Source: an uncultured Candidatus Saccharibacteria bacterium
Lineage (GTDB): Bacteria > Patescibacteriota > Minisyncoccia > JAHIHE01 > JAGLIN01
DNA length: 54,581 bases
Direction of reading: 5' to 3'
Assembly (NCBI GenBank): GCA_964503935.1
Contig: CAZDCJ010000001.1
Span: forward strand, 1 to 54,581
Shown: positions 36,096-45,567 of the stretch, in pieces
Layout of the letters: each line of letters opens with the position of its first letter
How positions within the stretch are numbered: the stretch's first letter is position 1
Position numbers and translations under genes: made by a program
Notes under the pieces: generated by a model
What the model was told of the DNA's origin: nothing
The model's input: the letters and a program-made list of their open reading frames with translations, nothing else
The model's database searches: none

Positions 36096-38174
36096 TTATC
36101 TTACCATTATCCTTACATCCACCGCCTGGCACCCCTGGCCTTCCCGCCGGACCATCAGAGGATTGATATCGAGTTCTCTTATCTCCGGGTGATTTAGTGC
36201 AAGATTGGAAAGTCCGACCAGGGTATCCGCGAGCGCCTCGATATCCATCTTTGGAAATTCGCGATAGCCCGTCAGGATCTTGAAAGACTTGATCTCCTGC
36301 ATCATCTCCATTGCCTCGTCCCGGTTGATGGGAGCGAAACGGAAAGCCACGTCCTTGACCACTTCCGTATAGACCCCGCCGAGACCGAACATCAGCATAT
36401 GGCCGAAGCCTTCGTCCTTCTTCATGCCGAGGATTATCTCCCGGCCATCCACCATCGGCTGCACGATCATCCCCTCGAGGGTATCGCCCAGCTTTCCCTT
36501 AATTCTATCAAAATATTCCCGAACTTCCAAATCGCTGCGGATATCGATCCTTACCCCCTCCACTTCCGTCTTGTGGCTGATCCTGCGAGAAAATATCTTC
36601 ATCGCCACCGGATAGCCGATCTCGTTCGCGAGCTTCACCGCCTCATGCGGAGTATGGGCGACCGCGGAACGGACGACCGGGATACCGTATTCTTCCAGCA
36701 GCCGGAATGCTTCAATAAAGTCGGGGTTGGACTTGAACGGCATGATTTTCCTGTCCGGCCTGTCCTCTGTCGCGCTCACGTGGCAAGAAGCCAGATATTC
36801 CTTCGCCTCTGTCTTATTCTTCTCACACTCCCACGTTTTCCCCAGAGCCCCGATCGCCGCAGAGAGATGGTCGTAAGCCGCCACCGGACTCTTTTTGAGC
36901 TTTTCCGCTGCCGGACCCACCAGCTCGCCGCCGATGAAACTCGCCACGATCGGTTTATCAGTACGCTTGGCGGCCTCAGTAAGCACTTTCGCGGTCTTTT
37001 CGATCTCGGTACCCCGCTGCGGCGTGAGTATGAACACGATGCCATCCACGCCTTTTTCTTCCAGAAGGACATCAAGAGCGATCTTGAAGCGATCCGCCTT
37101 GGCATCGCCAAGCACGTCCACCGGATCATGGACGTTAGCTTCCGCCGGAAGATGGCCGCGGAGATATTCCATCGTCTTAGCGCTGAGCTTGGCCAATTGG
37201 AGGCCATTTGCCTCGACCTCGTCGCTCGCAAGCACGCCCGGCCCGCCCGCATTGGTAATGATGGCGATACGGTTGCCCTTGAGACCCGGGTAGCGCGAGA
37301 GGAAATTTGCAACACCGAAAAGTTCCTGCATATTCTCCACGCGCGTCGCGCCCGTCTGCGAGAATACCACTCGCGTCGCCTCGTCCGCCCCCGCAAGCGC
37401 TCCCGTATGGGACTGCATCGCTTTCTGCGACGCCTTGCTCGTGCCCGGCTTGATGATGACCAAGGGCTTTACCCGCGCCAGCTCGGCCGCCGCTTTCATA
37501 AATCTGTCGCCATCTTTGAAGCTCTCGAGATAGGCCAACACAGACGCCGTCTCCTTGTCGCCTTTGAAATATTCCAGAAGCTCCGCCTCGCCCACCGAAG
37601 CCTTATTGCCGATGCTGACGAAACGCGAAAAACCGACGCCGCTCGCATTGGCCCAGTCCAGCATCGCCGAGCAGATGGCACCCGACTGGGAGATGAACCC
37701 TAGTTTACCTTTCTTGGTCATGCCATTGGCAAAAGACGCGTTGAGATTATTCACCGAATCCGCAAGCCCGAGACAATTTGGCCCGATAATTTCCATCCCG
37801 AATTCCGCAGCAATCATCTGCATTTCCTTTTCCAGTTTTGCGCCTTCCTTTCCCGTCTCCTTGAAGCCGGCCGAAATCACGATAACATTCTTGATACCTT
37901 TCTCTCCGCACTCTCGGAGCGTGGAATTCACGAACGGCGCCGGGATGACGACAATCGCCAGATCTACCGGTCCCGGAATCTCCAAAACGGAAGGATAGGC
38001 CTTGAACCCGAGTATCTTCTTAGCCTTGAGATTGACGGGGTAAATCTTGCCCTTGTATTTCCCCTCGATAAGGTTCTTGAGTATCCCGTAGCCGATCTTG
38101 CTCTTATCCGTAGACGCGCCGATCACCGCCACCGACTTCGGGCTGAAGAATTTTTCCAATTTATTTTGTAACAT
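36096..38174 (-). CDS. acd: ADP-forming acetyl-CoA synthetase (fused alpha/beta, acetate--CoA ligase family)
   Basis: 692 aa. It has an N-terminal CoA-binding/succinyl-CoA-synthetase-like region (FSPKSVAVIGAS.....G) and a C-terminal ATP-grasp region. Confidence 0.9.
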   Translation of the reverse strand: MLQNKLEKFFSPKSVAVIGASTDKSKIGYGILKNLIEGKYKGKIYPVNLKAKKILGFKAYPSVLEIPGPVDLAIVVIPAPFVNSTLRECGEKGIKNVIVISAGFKETGKEGAKLEKEMQMIAAEFGMEIIGPNCLGLADSVNNLNASFANGMTKKGKLGFISQSGAICSAMLDWANASGVGFSRFVSIGNKASVGEAELLEYFKGDKETASVLAYLESFKDGDRFMKAAAELARVKPLVIIKPGTSKASQKAMQSHTGALAGADEATRVVFSQTGATRVENMQELFGVANFLSRYPGLKGNRIAIITNAGGPGVLASDEVEANGLQLAKLSAKTMEYLRGHLPAEANVHDPVDVLGDAKADRFKIALDVLLEEKGVDGIVFILTPQRGTEIEKTAKVLTEAAKRTDKPIVASFIGGELVGPAAEKLKKSPVAAYDHLSAAIGALGKTWECEKNKTEAKEYLASCHVSATEDRPDRKIMPFKSNPDFIEAFRLLEEYGIPVVRSAVAHTPHEAVKLANEIGYPVAMKIFSRRISHKTEVEGVRIDIRSDLEVREYFDRIKGKLGDTLEGMIVQPMVDGREIILGMKKDEGFGHMLMFGLGGVYTEVVKDVAFRFAPINRDEAMEMMQEIKSFKILTGYREFPKMDIEALADTLVGLSNLALNHPEIRELDINPLMVRREGQGCQAVDVRIMVR

Positions 38175-38240
38175 ATGCTTGATGCTATTGATAAAGAAAC
38201 CGTTTGCTTTTTATCTTTATGAAAAACAAGAAGTTCTTAT

Positions 38241-38377
38241 TATCATCCTGAACTTGTGTCTCCCGGACTTGATCCGGGATCCGCGTCTATCTCAGGGTCC
38301 TCATCATCTGACGATATGACCCCACGATGCGGATTGAGCGAATACTAAGAAGATGCTGAAACGAGTTCAGCATGACA
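38241..38377 (+). repeat. type A element with a nested CCCGGACTTGATCCGGG module in its left-arm hairpin
   Basis: TATCATCCTGAACTTGTG[TCTCCCGGACTTGATCCGGGATCCGCG]TCTATCTCAGGGTCCTC ... AAGATGCTGAAACGAGTTCAGCATGACA. Confidence 0.75.
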
Positions 38378-38394
38378 CAAAGAGAGCATATATT

Positions 38395-39411
38395 TCACCC
38401 GATTGCCTGCACCCCGACTTCTCCCAATCTGCCTTCGATCTCTTCACAAGTCATAATACCGCTCTCGGCGCCATACTCACTGACTTCCCCGCTGCTGTTA
38501 ATGATGCCGTATTTGAGCGCCAGGTCCCACTTGTCAGTAAGGATATATCCCGCCAAGAGTCCCGAACCGAAAGCATCGCCTGCGCCGGTAGTGTCCGTCT
38601 GTTTCTGGAGGAATGCCGGTACGCTGAAAAGCGCCTCGTCCGTCTTGAGATGCGCCCCGTTCTTTCCGTCAGTAATAATGACATTCTTCGGCCCCCAGCC
38701 TTTGATCCTATCTATGAGCTTGACAGTATCGTTAACTCCCTCGCCGGAAACGTCCGCTCCGGAATCGCCCAAAACCAGCTCGATTGCTTCGTCTTTATTT
38801 ATGATAAATAGTTCGGTTTCCCGAAGAAGAATATCAAGCTCTTTCCGTCCGCCCGCGATCTCTCTCGCGCCCGGATTCCAAGCGAGCTTGATGCCGTTCT
38901 CCCGGACCGCCTGCGCTACGACCCCAAGATTTTCCTTCCAATCCCTGCCCAGTCCGGTCATGTACAGCCATTTCGCGTCCTTGAGGTCCTCGACTTTCAC
39001 TTCCATATTTTCCAAAGCTCCCCGATAAGAAAACGCCACCCGCTCCCCGCCCTTCGTCGCGCTATCTACCACGATGAACGAAAAGGCTGTCTCGGCTCTT
39101 TCGTCTGTCTGGAGAAGCTCCGTCCCTACGCCGCGACTCCGGAGGTTATCGATTATCGCCCGGCCATCCCCGTCTTTTCCGACCCGCGAGATTACTGCGG
39201 TCGTGAGGCCCATCTTAGCAAATACCGCCGCCGCATTGCACGCCCCACCCCCGAAATTCATCCGCACGTCTTCGCTTCTGATCTTCGCGCCGTACTCGAA
39301 AGCCAAAAGCCGCTGAGAAGTGAGGTCTTCCGGCGTCTCGATCACCTTACCTTTATCGGTCGCGAAAGTGATGTCGCGGAGCGCCCCGCCCATCGTTATC
39401 ACATCAAGCAT
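38395..39411 (-). CDS. PfkB-family carbohydrate kinase
   Basis: 338 aa with an N-terminal GG..D motif region and the C-terminal TTGAGDAFGSG. Confidence 0.87.
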   Translation of the reverse strand: MLDVITMGGALRDITFATDKGKVIETPEDLTSQRLLAFEYGAKIRSEDVRMNFGGGACNAAAVFAKMGLTTAVISRVGKDGDGRAIIDNLRSRGVGTELLQTDERAETAFSFIVVDSATKGGERVAFSYRGALENMEVKVEDLKDAKWLYMTGLGRDWKENLGVVAQAVRENGIKLAWNPGAREIAGGRKELDILLRETELFIINKDEAIELVLGDSGADVSGEGVNDTVKLIDRIKGWGPKNVIITDGKNGAHLKTDEALFSVPAFLQKQTDTTGAGDAFGSGLLAGYILTDKWDLALKYGIINSSGEVSEYGAESGIMTCEEIEGRLGEVGVQAIG

Positions 39412-39519
39412 ATGTTCCTATGAGGTAATTATCTTGGCTTTATTATACCAAAAAAGCGGGGTTTATCCAAATAGCGTTTTTTGCTATTCCAACCTCTTTA
39501 ATTACCCAACTATTGTTTA

Positions 39520-39659
39520 TGTCATCCTAAACCATATCATCCCGGACTTGATACGGGATTTGCATCTGTTTCAGGAGCTTCGTCATATAATGTTAAATTA
39601 TTGTATGGCAAGAATTGGACGTAATGCAAAGCAGATGCTGAAACAAGTTCAGCGTGACA
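39520..39659 (+). repeat. type A element with nested module
   Basis: TGTCATCCTAAACCATA[TCATCCCGGACTTGATACGGGATTTGCA]TCTGTTTCAGGAGC ... GCAGATGCTGAAACAAGTTCAGCGTGACA. Confidence 0.75.
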
Positions 39660-40283
39660 GCATAGGATAGGTAAGTCATATCCACGTGAATATCGAAATT
39701 AACCCGATTCTCCCAATAGAACCTTCCTTATTGTCATCCTGTAAGGATCCCTTGAACAAAGTGCTCCACACAGATCGTTCTATATGCATTGGATGAAGCA
39801 CGGGGAATTCTTACGAGAATGACAAATTGACGGATCTATCGCAGAATCGGGAGACAAGGATCTTGATAAAGGAAGTCCAGCAATTCACGTTCCGCTCGGG
39901 ATGACAGAGGATGCTTCTTGGATATAGATATAGTTTTGAGATTCGAGGAAGTAATTTCTGCTTGTTTCCGGATCCCTGCCTGCTAGGGGATGAGACAATA
40001 TAGGTATTCGGAGTAGCGGAATTTACCCTAGTGAACTAGGACTTCGTTTCGCGCGCATCTTTTCAATCATCTCAGGCTATATCATCAGCGCGGACTAAAG
40101 TCCACTACTCCTCACTTTCCGAATTCTCGAATTGATAAAAACAAAAGGAACCAACAGAGAATATCCCAACCCAAAACGTACCTTTCCTAGATTTCTCACC
40201 TCGCCGCCGCTTGGTTCGAAATGACAAACTGTCGTTATCCATCCTCAAGCCATAAGTCGTGGGTCATCAGTTGTCAGTTATTT

Positions 40284-40856
40284 TCAGCACACCGTGTACC
40301 ATTCCCCTTCCAACGGATCGGTGTAACCGACGGCGGCAAGTATGGCATTCACCACTATCCACGCCGCAACGACATAAGCGAAGCCCAGCAGCGCTTGCCA
40401 GAGCGCGGATTTGATCTTCACCATCATATCCGTCTGGCCGACCGCCGTCATGGCGAGGAGCTGTCCCAAGACGATTGCCAAAAAAGCCGCCACGCCCACT
40501 ATCTTCAGGAGGAAATTTATTACAAGCTGGAGCGAAAGCGCCAAAGAGCAGAAATCGCATTTTTCACATTCATCCCAACTCGTCGCAGGATCATTGATAT
40601 GCCTTCCGCAGGGAATGAGCCCTGCCGAATCCGGCTGATCGGTACATGCTGCCGTAGCTGTTTCTTCGGCATCTCCGAGCTCGGGATAGAGCGGCTCTTT
40701 CTCCGTCGCGGAACCATTAGGAACGGTCGCAGCTCCGCTCGAAGCATTTCCGGGTGACGCCGAAGCCGTCCCTGTCGCCGCGGCAAATCCCCAGCCCAGT
40801 GCCATGATTATCAAAGCCCCTCCAAGAAGAAAGGCGAAAAGCGATTTTCTTTTCAT
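40284..40856 (-). CDS. secreted two-TM protein resembling CPR-type T4SS pilin (TrbC/VirB2-like)
   Basis: 190 aa after trimming to MKRKSLFAF; the longer ORF-track version has no signal peptide. It has a signal peptide, a Cys-rich segment (GLIPCGRH...CEKCDFC) and then two TM helices (LKIVGVAAFLAIVLGQLLAM; ALLGFAYVVAAWIVVNAIL). The family assignment is from memory. Confidence 0.5.
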   Translation of the reverse strand: MKRKSLFAFLLGGALIIMALGWGFAAATGTASASPGNASSGAATVPNGSATEKEPLYPELGDAEETATAACTDQPDSAGLIPCGRHINDPATSWDECEKCDFCSLALSLQLVINFLLKIVGVAAFLAIVLGQLLAMTAVGQTDMMVKIKSALWQALLGFAYVVAAWIVVNAILAAVGYTDPLEGEWYTVC

Positions 40857-41042
40857 ACTGATTGTTAGGTGATGTAAAAGATTAACGCGTAAGGTCAGAG
40901 ATCTCTTGTCGTTAAGATTTTTTGGAATCTTCGTCACATCCCGTACTACCGACATGCAGAAAGATACGAGCATTGCATGAGATAGATTGCTATGCCGGGA
41001 GCCCGGCGGCATGTCACGGGAAAAGACGGGGCTCACAGGAAA

Positions 41043-42602
41043 TCATCCTTCTATCAGGCTTCCCAGCACCATTGCCTGCGGCTTGGGGATTTCCAGGACC
41101 TCCAAGAGCGTCGGCGCCACATTCCCCAGGACGCCGCTCTTCTTGAGCAGACAATTCTCCTTCGTCAGCCCCCCCTTCACGATGATAAAAGGCACCGGGT
41201 TCTTGCTGTGCATAGTGGAGATGTTTCCCGTCTCAGGATCCAACATCTCATCCGCATTGCCATGATCGGCCGTTATGACCGCTGTGCCGCCGCTCTCCAG
41301 TACCTCGGTAATCACTTTTTCCAGGCATTTATCGAGGAATTCGATCGCGCAGATGGCCGCTTTGAGGTTCCCTGTATGCCCAACCATGTCCGCATTGGCA
41401 TAATTGACGAGTATGAAATCATATACGCCGTGCTTGATATTCGCCACGATGACATCCGTGATGTCTCCGGCCGACATTTCCGGCCGCTGATCATAAGAGA
41501 ATACATTCTTGGAGACTATCCTCTCACGGTTCTCTCCCGCGATCAACTCCCGGTGGCCGCCATTAAAGAAATAGGTAACATGCGGATATTTTTCCGCCTC
41601 GGCGATATAGAGCTGCTTCATATGCCGGAGCGCCCTGGGAAGCGTATCCTCCACTGCCTGCGAGCTGTAAGCGATCTGCACCGGCAGATCCTGTCCGAAA
41701 TCCGCAAGCGTGCACATGAAGACGCCGTGCAGGACCTGTGTACGGTTCTTGTAGTCCTTCATCTCCGGCATGGTTATCAGTTTCGTCATCTGCCTGGCGC
41801 GGTCACCGCGCAAGTTGAAGAAGATTACCGCATCATTGTCCTTGATCTGGGCCACCGGTCTGCCGTCCTTATCCACGATGACGGTCGGCACGATAAATTC
41901 GTCGGTCAGACCGTGATTGTAGGAATCCTTGATCACCTGCTCTGCGGATTCGGCCCGGGCGCCCACACCGAGCACCATAGCGTCGTATGCCCGCTGCATC
42001 CGATCCCAGTGCTTGACCCGGTCCATCGCATAGTATCTTCCGCCGATAGAAGCGACCTTTCCGATGCCGATTTCCTTGATCTTCTCCTCCAGTATCCGGA
42101 CAAAGGAAAGCGAGCTCTTCTCAAAAGCATCGCGTCCGTCGGTAAATAGATGAAAATAGACTTCCTTGACACCGCCGTCCTTGGCCATCTTCATGATAGC
42201 ATAAAGATGCCCGGGGTCACTGTGCGGACTGTCCGAATCCGACAGGAGACCCATGATATGCAAGTCGGTCTTCTGCACGATCGCATGATTGATGGTCCGG
42301 CGGATACGGGGATTCTGGAAGAATTTTCCCGACTGGATGTCTTCGTTAATGATCTGCGAGTCCTGCTTGATGATCCGCCCTGCGCCGATATTGATATGCC
42401 CCGCTTCGCTCCCACTTCGCTCGTCTTCGCTGAGACCCACTGCGAGCCCCGTAGCATTAAGCTCCGTATATGGATATTTCTCGACAAGGCTGTCGAAAAA
42501 AGGCTTCTTGGCAAGCTCGATCGCATTGCCTTCTGACTTCGGGGCGACTCCCCAGCCATCCAGGATAATCAGCATGTTCGTCGGTTTCTTCGGTTTGGAC
42601 AT
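41043..42602 (-). CDS. gpmI: 2,3-bisphosphoglycerate-independent phosphoglycerate mutase
   Basis: 519 aa with LIILDGWG, the Ser-phosphotransfer region and ADHGNA. Confidence 0.95.
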   Translation of the reverse strand: MSKPKKPTNMLIILDGWGVAPKSEGNAIELAKKPFFDSLVEKYPYTELNATGLAVGLSEDERSGSEAGHINIGAGRIIKQDSQIINEDIQSGKFFQNPRIRRTINHAIVQKTDLHIMGLLSDSDSPHSDPGHLYAIMKMAKDGGVKEVYFHLFTDGRDAFEKSSLSFVRILEEKIKEIGIGKVASIGGRYYAMDRVKHWDRMQRAYDAMVLGVGARAESAEQVIKDSYNHGLTDEFIVPTVIVDKDGRPVAQIKDNDAVIFFNLRGDRARQMTKLITMPEMKDYKNRTQVLHGVFMCTLADFGQDLPVQIAYSSQAVEDTLPRALRHMKQLYIAEAEKYPHVTYFFNGGHRELIAGENRERIVSKNVFSYDQRPEMSAGDITDVIVANIKHGVYDFILVNYANADMVGHTGNLKAAICAIEFLDKCLEKVITEVLESGGTAVITADHGNADEMLDPETGNISTMHSKNPVPFIIVKGGLTKENCLLKKSGVLGNVAPTLLEVLEIPKPQAMVLGSLIEG

Positions 42603-42625
42603 AATGGTTAATGATTTTGTTTATC

Positions 42626-42654
42626 TTGACAGTACGCTTTTTTTGGCTTATCTT
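42626..42654 (+). promoter_or_regulatory. sigma70-like promoter
   Basis: TTGACA, 17-nt spacer, TATCTT. It is followed by AGGAGG 8 nt before the ATG at 42678. Confidence 0.5.
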
Positions 42655-42677
42655 AGTATAAAATAGGAGGTATATCT

Positions 42678-42965
42678 ATGAGCATCTTCGGTTTCAAATT
42701 CGCATTCTGGATATTGGGCATTGGTACGAGTCTCAATCCCGTCGCCGGATTCAGCGGAAAGAAAAAACCCAAACGCCGGACCCTTACAAAAATATTGAGA
42801 CATATGATATTTCTCGCTGTCATAATCGCGTTGGCACTGACCGCAATAGGGCTCCCGATAAGATTCCAGGCATTCACCTTTATCAAGGTGAATTTTATTT
42901 GTCTTAAAGAATATCGAAGAATCAGACCTCTTTCTCGATCTCCATCAGCCGGTTATATTTCGTAA
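42678..42965 (+). CDS. hypothetical small two-TM protein, 3' end overlapping the eno 3' end
   Basis: 95 aa with both promoter and Shine-Dalgarno signals. TM segments are FAFWILGIGTSL and MIFLAVIIALALTAIGL. It overlaps the 3' end of eno by 44 nt in convergent orientation. Confidence 0.5.
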   Translation: MSIFGFKFAFWILGIGTSLNPVAGFSGKKKPKRRTLTKILRHMIFLAVIIALALTAIGLPIRFQAFTFIKVNFICLKEYRRIRPLSRSPSAGYIS

Positions 42966-44190
42966 GCCGCTCACCCCGCGAAAGCGAACCGGACTTGAGG
43001 AATTCCGCACCGACCGCGACCGCCAGATCCGCGATGAAATCATCGCAAGTCTCACCAGAGCGGTGCGAGACGATGATCTTCCAATCAAGCTCTTGGGATC
43101 TCCTGATACACTCCATCGTTTCCGTAAGACTTCCGATCTGATTGAGCTTTATGATGATCGCGTTCGCGGCATTCTTCTTAGCGGCTGCTTCCACCCGCAC
43201 CGGATTAGTCACTGTAAGGTCATCAGCCACGACAAGAAAATCCTTCTTGACCGATAAGAGCCGCTTCTTCATTTCCTTCCAGAGCGCAAGATCGTTCTCA
43301 TTGAGCCCGTCCTCCAGTGAAAGGATCGGGTATTTTCCTATCCATTCCGCGTAGAGGGCGACTAGCCGGTTGGCGTCGAGGCAAGCGTTGCCGGGATTGA
43401 TGACATACTGGTCTTCTTTGTGAAAATAGAAGGAATTGGAAGCCGCATCCAGAGAGACGAAGACGTCTTTGCCCGCCTCATAACCCGCCTGCTCGATCGC
43501 CTTGAGGATCGATTCGATCCCTTTCTCGATACTGTCCAGCCGGGGGGCAAAACCACCCTCATCTCCTACGCCGGTCGCGTATCCACCACCCGCAAGGATC
43601 TTCTGGAAAGCATGGAATATCTCACTTCCCGCCCGGATCCGGCCTTCTACGGTCGCGATACCAAGAGGCACGACCATGAATTCCTGTATGGAAAGACCGC
43701 TGTCGGCATGTTTGCCGCCGTTCAAGATATTGAACATGGGCACCGGAAAGCGGAATTTCTTATCCTCATATCCGTAAGTCTTGGCCAGGTACCGGTAAAG
43801 CGGCTTATCCTGAGATATTGCCGCTGCCCGCGCGCACGCCAGTGAGACTCCCAGGATAGCGTTTGCTCCGAGGTTCGCCTTATTCTCTGTCCCGTCGAGC
43901 TTGAGCATGAGCGCATCAATCTTCTTCTGTGCCGTAATCGTCTGGCCGATGAGGGACGGAGCAATCTTCTTGTTCACATTCGCGCAAGCTTTCAACACTC
44001 CCACTCCGCTATAACGCGCCTCATCTCCGTCACGAAGTTCCAGCGCCTCGAATTCGCCCGTGGAAGCGCCGGAAGCTACCGATGCTTTTGCCCGGACCTT
44101 ATTGTCGAGAGCGACTTCCACCTCCACCGTGGGATTGCCGCGCGAGTCCAGTATCTCTCGGGCGGCTATTTTCGATATCTTCACAGGCAT
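42922..44190 (-). CDS. eno: enolase
   Basis: 422 aa with AREILDSRGNPTVEVEV and SHRSGET. Confidence 0.97.
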   Translation of the reverse strand: MPVKISKIAAREILDSRGNPTVEVEVALDNKVRAKASVASGASTGEFEALELRDGDEARYSGVGVLKACANVNKKIAPSLIGQTITAQKKIDALMLKLDGTENKANLGANAILGVSLACARAAAISQDKPLYRYLAKTYGYEDKKFRFPVPMFNILNGGKHADSGLSIQEFMVVPLGIATVEGRIRAGSEIFHAFQKILAGGGYATGVGDEGGFAPRLDSIEKGIESILKAIEQAGYEAGKDVFVSLDAASNSFYFHKEDQYVINPGNACLDANRLVALYAEWIGKYPILSLEDGLNENDLALWKEMKKRLLSVKKDFLVVADDLTVTNPVRVEAAAKKNAANAIIIKLNQIGSLTETMECIRRSQELDWKIIVSHRSGETCDDFIADLAVAVGAEFLKSGSLSRGERLTKYNRLMEIEKEV

Positions 44191-44214
44191 AAGCGTATAT
44201 ATTTAATGATTAGA

Positions 44215-45372
44215 TTATTTCAGTACCTCGATTCCCGGCAGCTTCGCGCCCGAAAGGAATTCCAGCATGGCGCCGCCGCCGGTAGAGACATGTTTCATAT
44301 CATCGATATAGCCGAAATCGGTAAGCGCAAGGATTGTGTCACCTCCGCCGATGATCGTCTCCGCCGAAGACTCGGCCATCGCCCTCGCTATTTCCCGCGT
44401 ACCCCGCGCATACGCATCTTGCTCGAAGAGTCCCACCGAACCGTTCCAGATGACTGTCGCGGAGTTCTTGATGATGGCTTTGTAATCTTCCAGAGTATTT
44501 TCTCCGATATCCAGAATACGAAAATCCCCGATTTCTTCCGTGGCGAGATCCACTTCCTTATTGTCGGGATTATCCGTCGCCACATCGCTCGGGATATGGA
44601 TCTTGGGATTTCCGAGATCGATTTTCTTCGCTTCACTGACATCCAGATCATCCTTCACGGATTTTCCGATATTTACACCCTTGGCTTCGAGAAGGAAATT
44701 CGCGATCACGCCCCCGATGAGGACATGGTCGAATTTGCCGAGGAGAAAATTTATGACCGGAAGTTTGGTCTCCGCTTTCAGTCCGCCCATGATAATGGTT
44801 GCCGGGCGGGCAGGATCCGCAATCACTTTGCCGAGAGCCTTGATCTCTTTCTCAAGCCCCAGCCCCGCATATGACGGCAAAAGATGAGCGACTGCCTCCA
44901 CGCTGGCGTGCGCGCGGTGCGAGGCGGAAAAAGCTTCGTTGACATAGATATCGCCGAGCTTGGCAAGCTTCCCCGCGAATTCCATATCGTTCGCTTCTTC
45001 TTCGCTGTGGAAACGCAGGTTCTCAAGAAGCATGATTTCCCCCTCCTGCATGTTGGCGACAGCCTCCTCCGCAACCTGCCCGATGCAATCCGGCGTCTTC
45101 GTCACCGAAAGTTCGAGCATTTCTGAAAGCCGGTCCTGCACCGGGCCTAATCGCATCTCTTCCACGACCTGTCCGTCGGGCCGGCCGAGATGCGACATGA
45201 GGATCACTTTCGCCTCTTTTTCAAGAAGGAATTTGATGGTCGGCAGCGCCGCAGTGATGCGCCAAGCTTCATTTTCATCCACGACCCCGTCATCTCCGAG
45301 CGGGACATTGAAATCGACACGCACTAGGACCCGCTTGCCTTTGAGATCCTCGACTTCTTGTATGCTTTTCAT
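44215..45372 (-). CDS. pgk: phosphoglycerate kinase
   Basis: 385 aa with KRVLVRVDFNVP and GGGDT. Confidence 0.97.
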   Translation of the reverse strand: MKSIQEVEDLKGKRVLVRVDFNVPLGDDGVVDENEAWRITAALPTIKFLLEKEAKVILMSHLGRPDGQVVEEMRLGPVQDRLSEMLELSVTKTPDCIGQVAEEAVANMQEGEIMLLENLRFHSEEEANDMEFAGKLAKLGDIYVNEAFSASHRAHASVEAVAHLLPSYAGLGLEKEIKALGKVIADPARPATIIMGGLKAETKLPVINFLLGKFDHVLIGGVIANFLLEAKGVNIGKSVKDDLDVSEAKKIDLGNPKIHIPSDVATDNPDNKEVDLATEEIGDFRILDIGENTLEDYKAIIKNSATVIWNGSVGLFEQDAYARGTREIARAMAESSAETIIGGGDTILALTDFGYIDDMKHVSTGGGAMLEFLSGAKLPGIEVLK

Positions 45373-45378
45373 AAGATT

Positions 45379-45567
45379 TTACTTAAAATAATTATCGTTG
45401 GCATCTACCAATTCGATAAGATTGCCGTCCGGATCCCTGAGGAAATTTTGAAGCTTCTTTTCGGAAAAATCGAAAGTCTCGACGCCTTTGCCCTCCAAGT
45501 CCTCCAGATAACACGGCAAATCCTCTGTTATATCCGCTATGAATAGTGTTATCCTGAACCATGTCAT
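45379..45567 (-). pseudogene. C-terminal remnant of a VOC/glyoxalase-family gene truncated at a type A repeat
   Basis: The last ~50 codons (…DLEGKGVETF....LQNFLRDPDGNLIELVD) match the C-terminal beta-alpha-beta-beta-beta module of glyoxalase/bleomycin-resistance proteins. The first codons of the ORF (MTWFRITLF) are encoded by the repeat arm starting at 45547. Confidence 0.5.

Noticed and set aside
38353-39028. ORFs 38353..38811 and 38372..39028, starting MLKRVQHD..., and 39320..39670, ending ...MLKQVQRDSIG.
   Set aside because: The Met-Leu-Lys-Gln/Arg-Val-Gln-His/Arg-Asp peptide is simply the translated right arm of the type A repeat. The remainder runs antisense to the PfkB kinase gene or through repeat DNA.
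40857-41036. N-terminal extensions of several ORF-track entries: 40284..41036, 45740..46249, 35071..36132, 52539..52916, 9059..9517, 10755..11231.
   Set aside because: The extensions overlap neighbouring genes, promoters or repeat modules and lack a Shine-Dalgarno. Internal Met codons with GGAG-type sites, a signal peptide or a leaderless promoter context give more sensible products.
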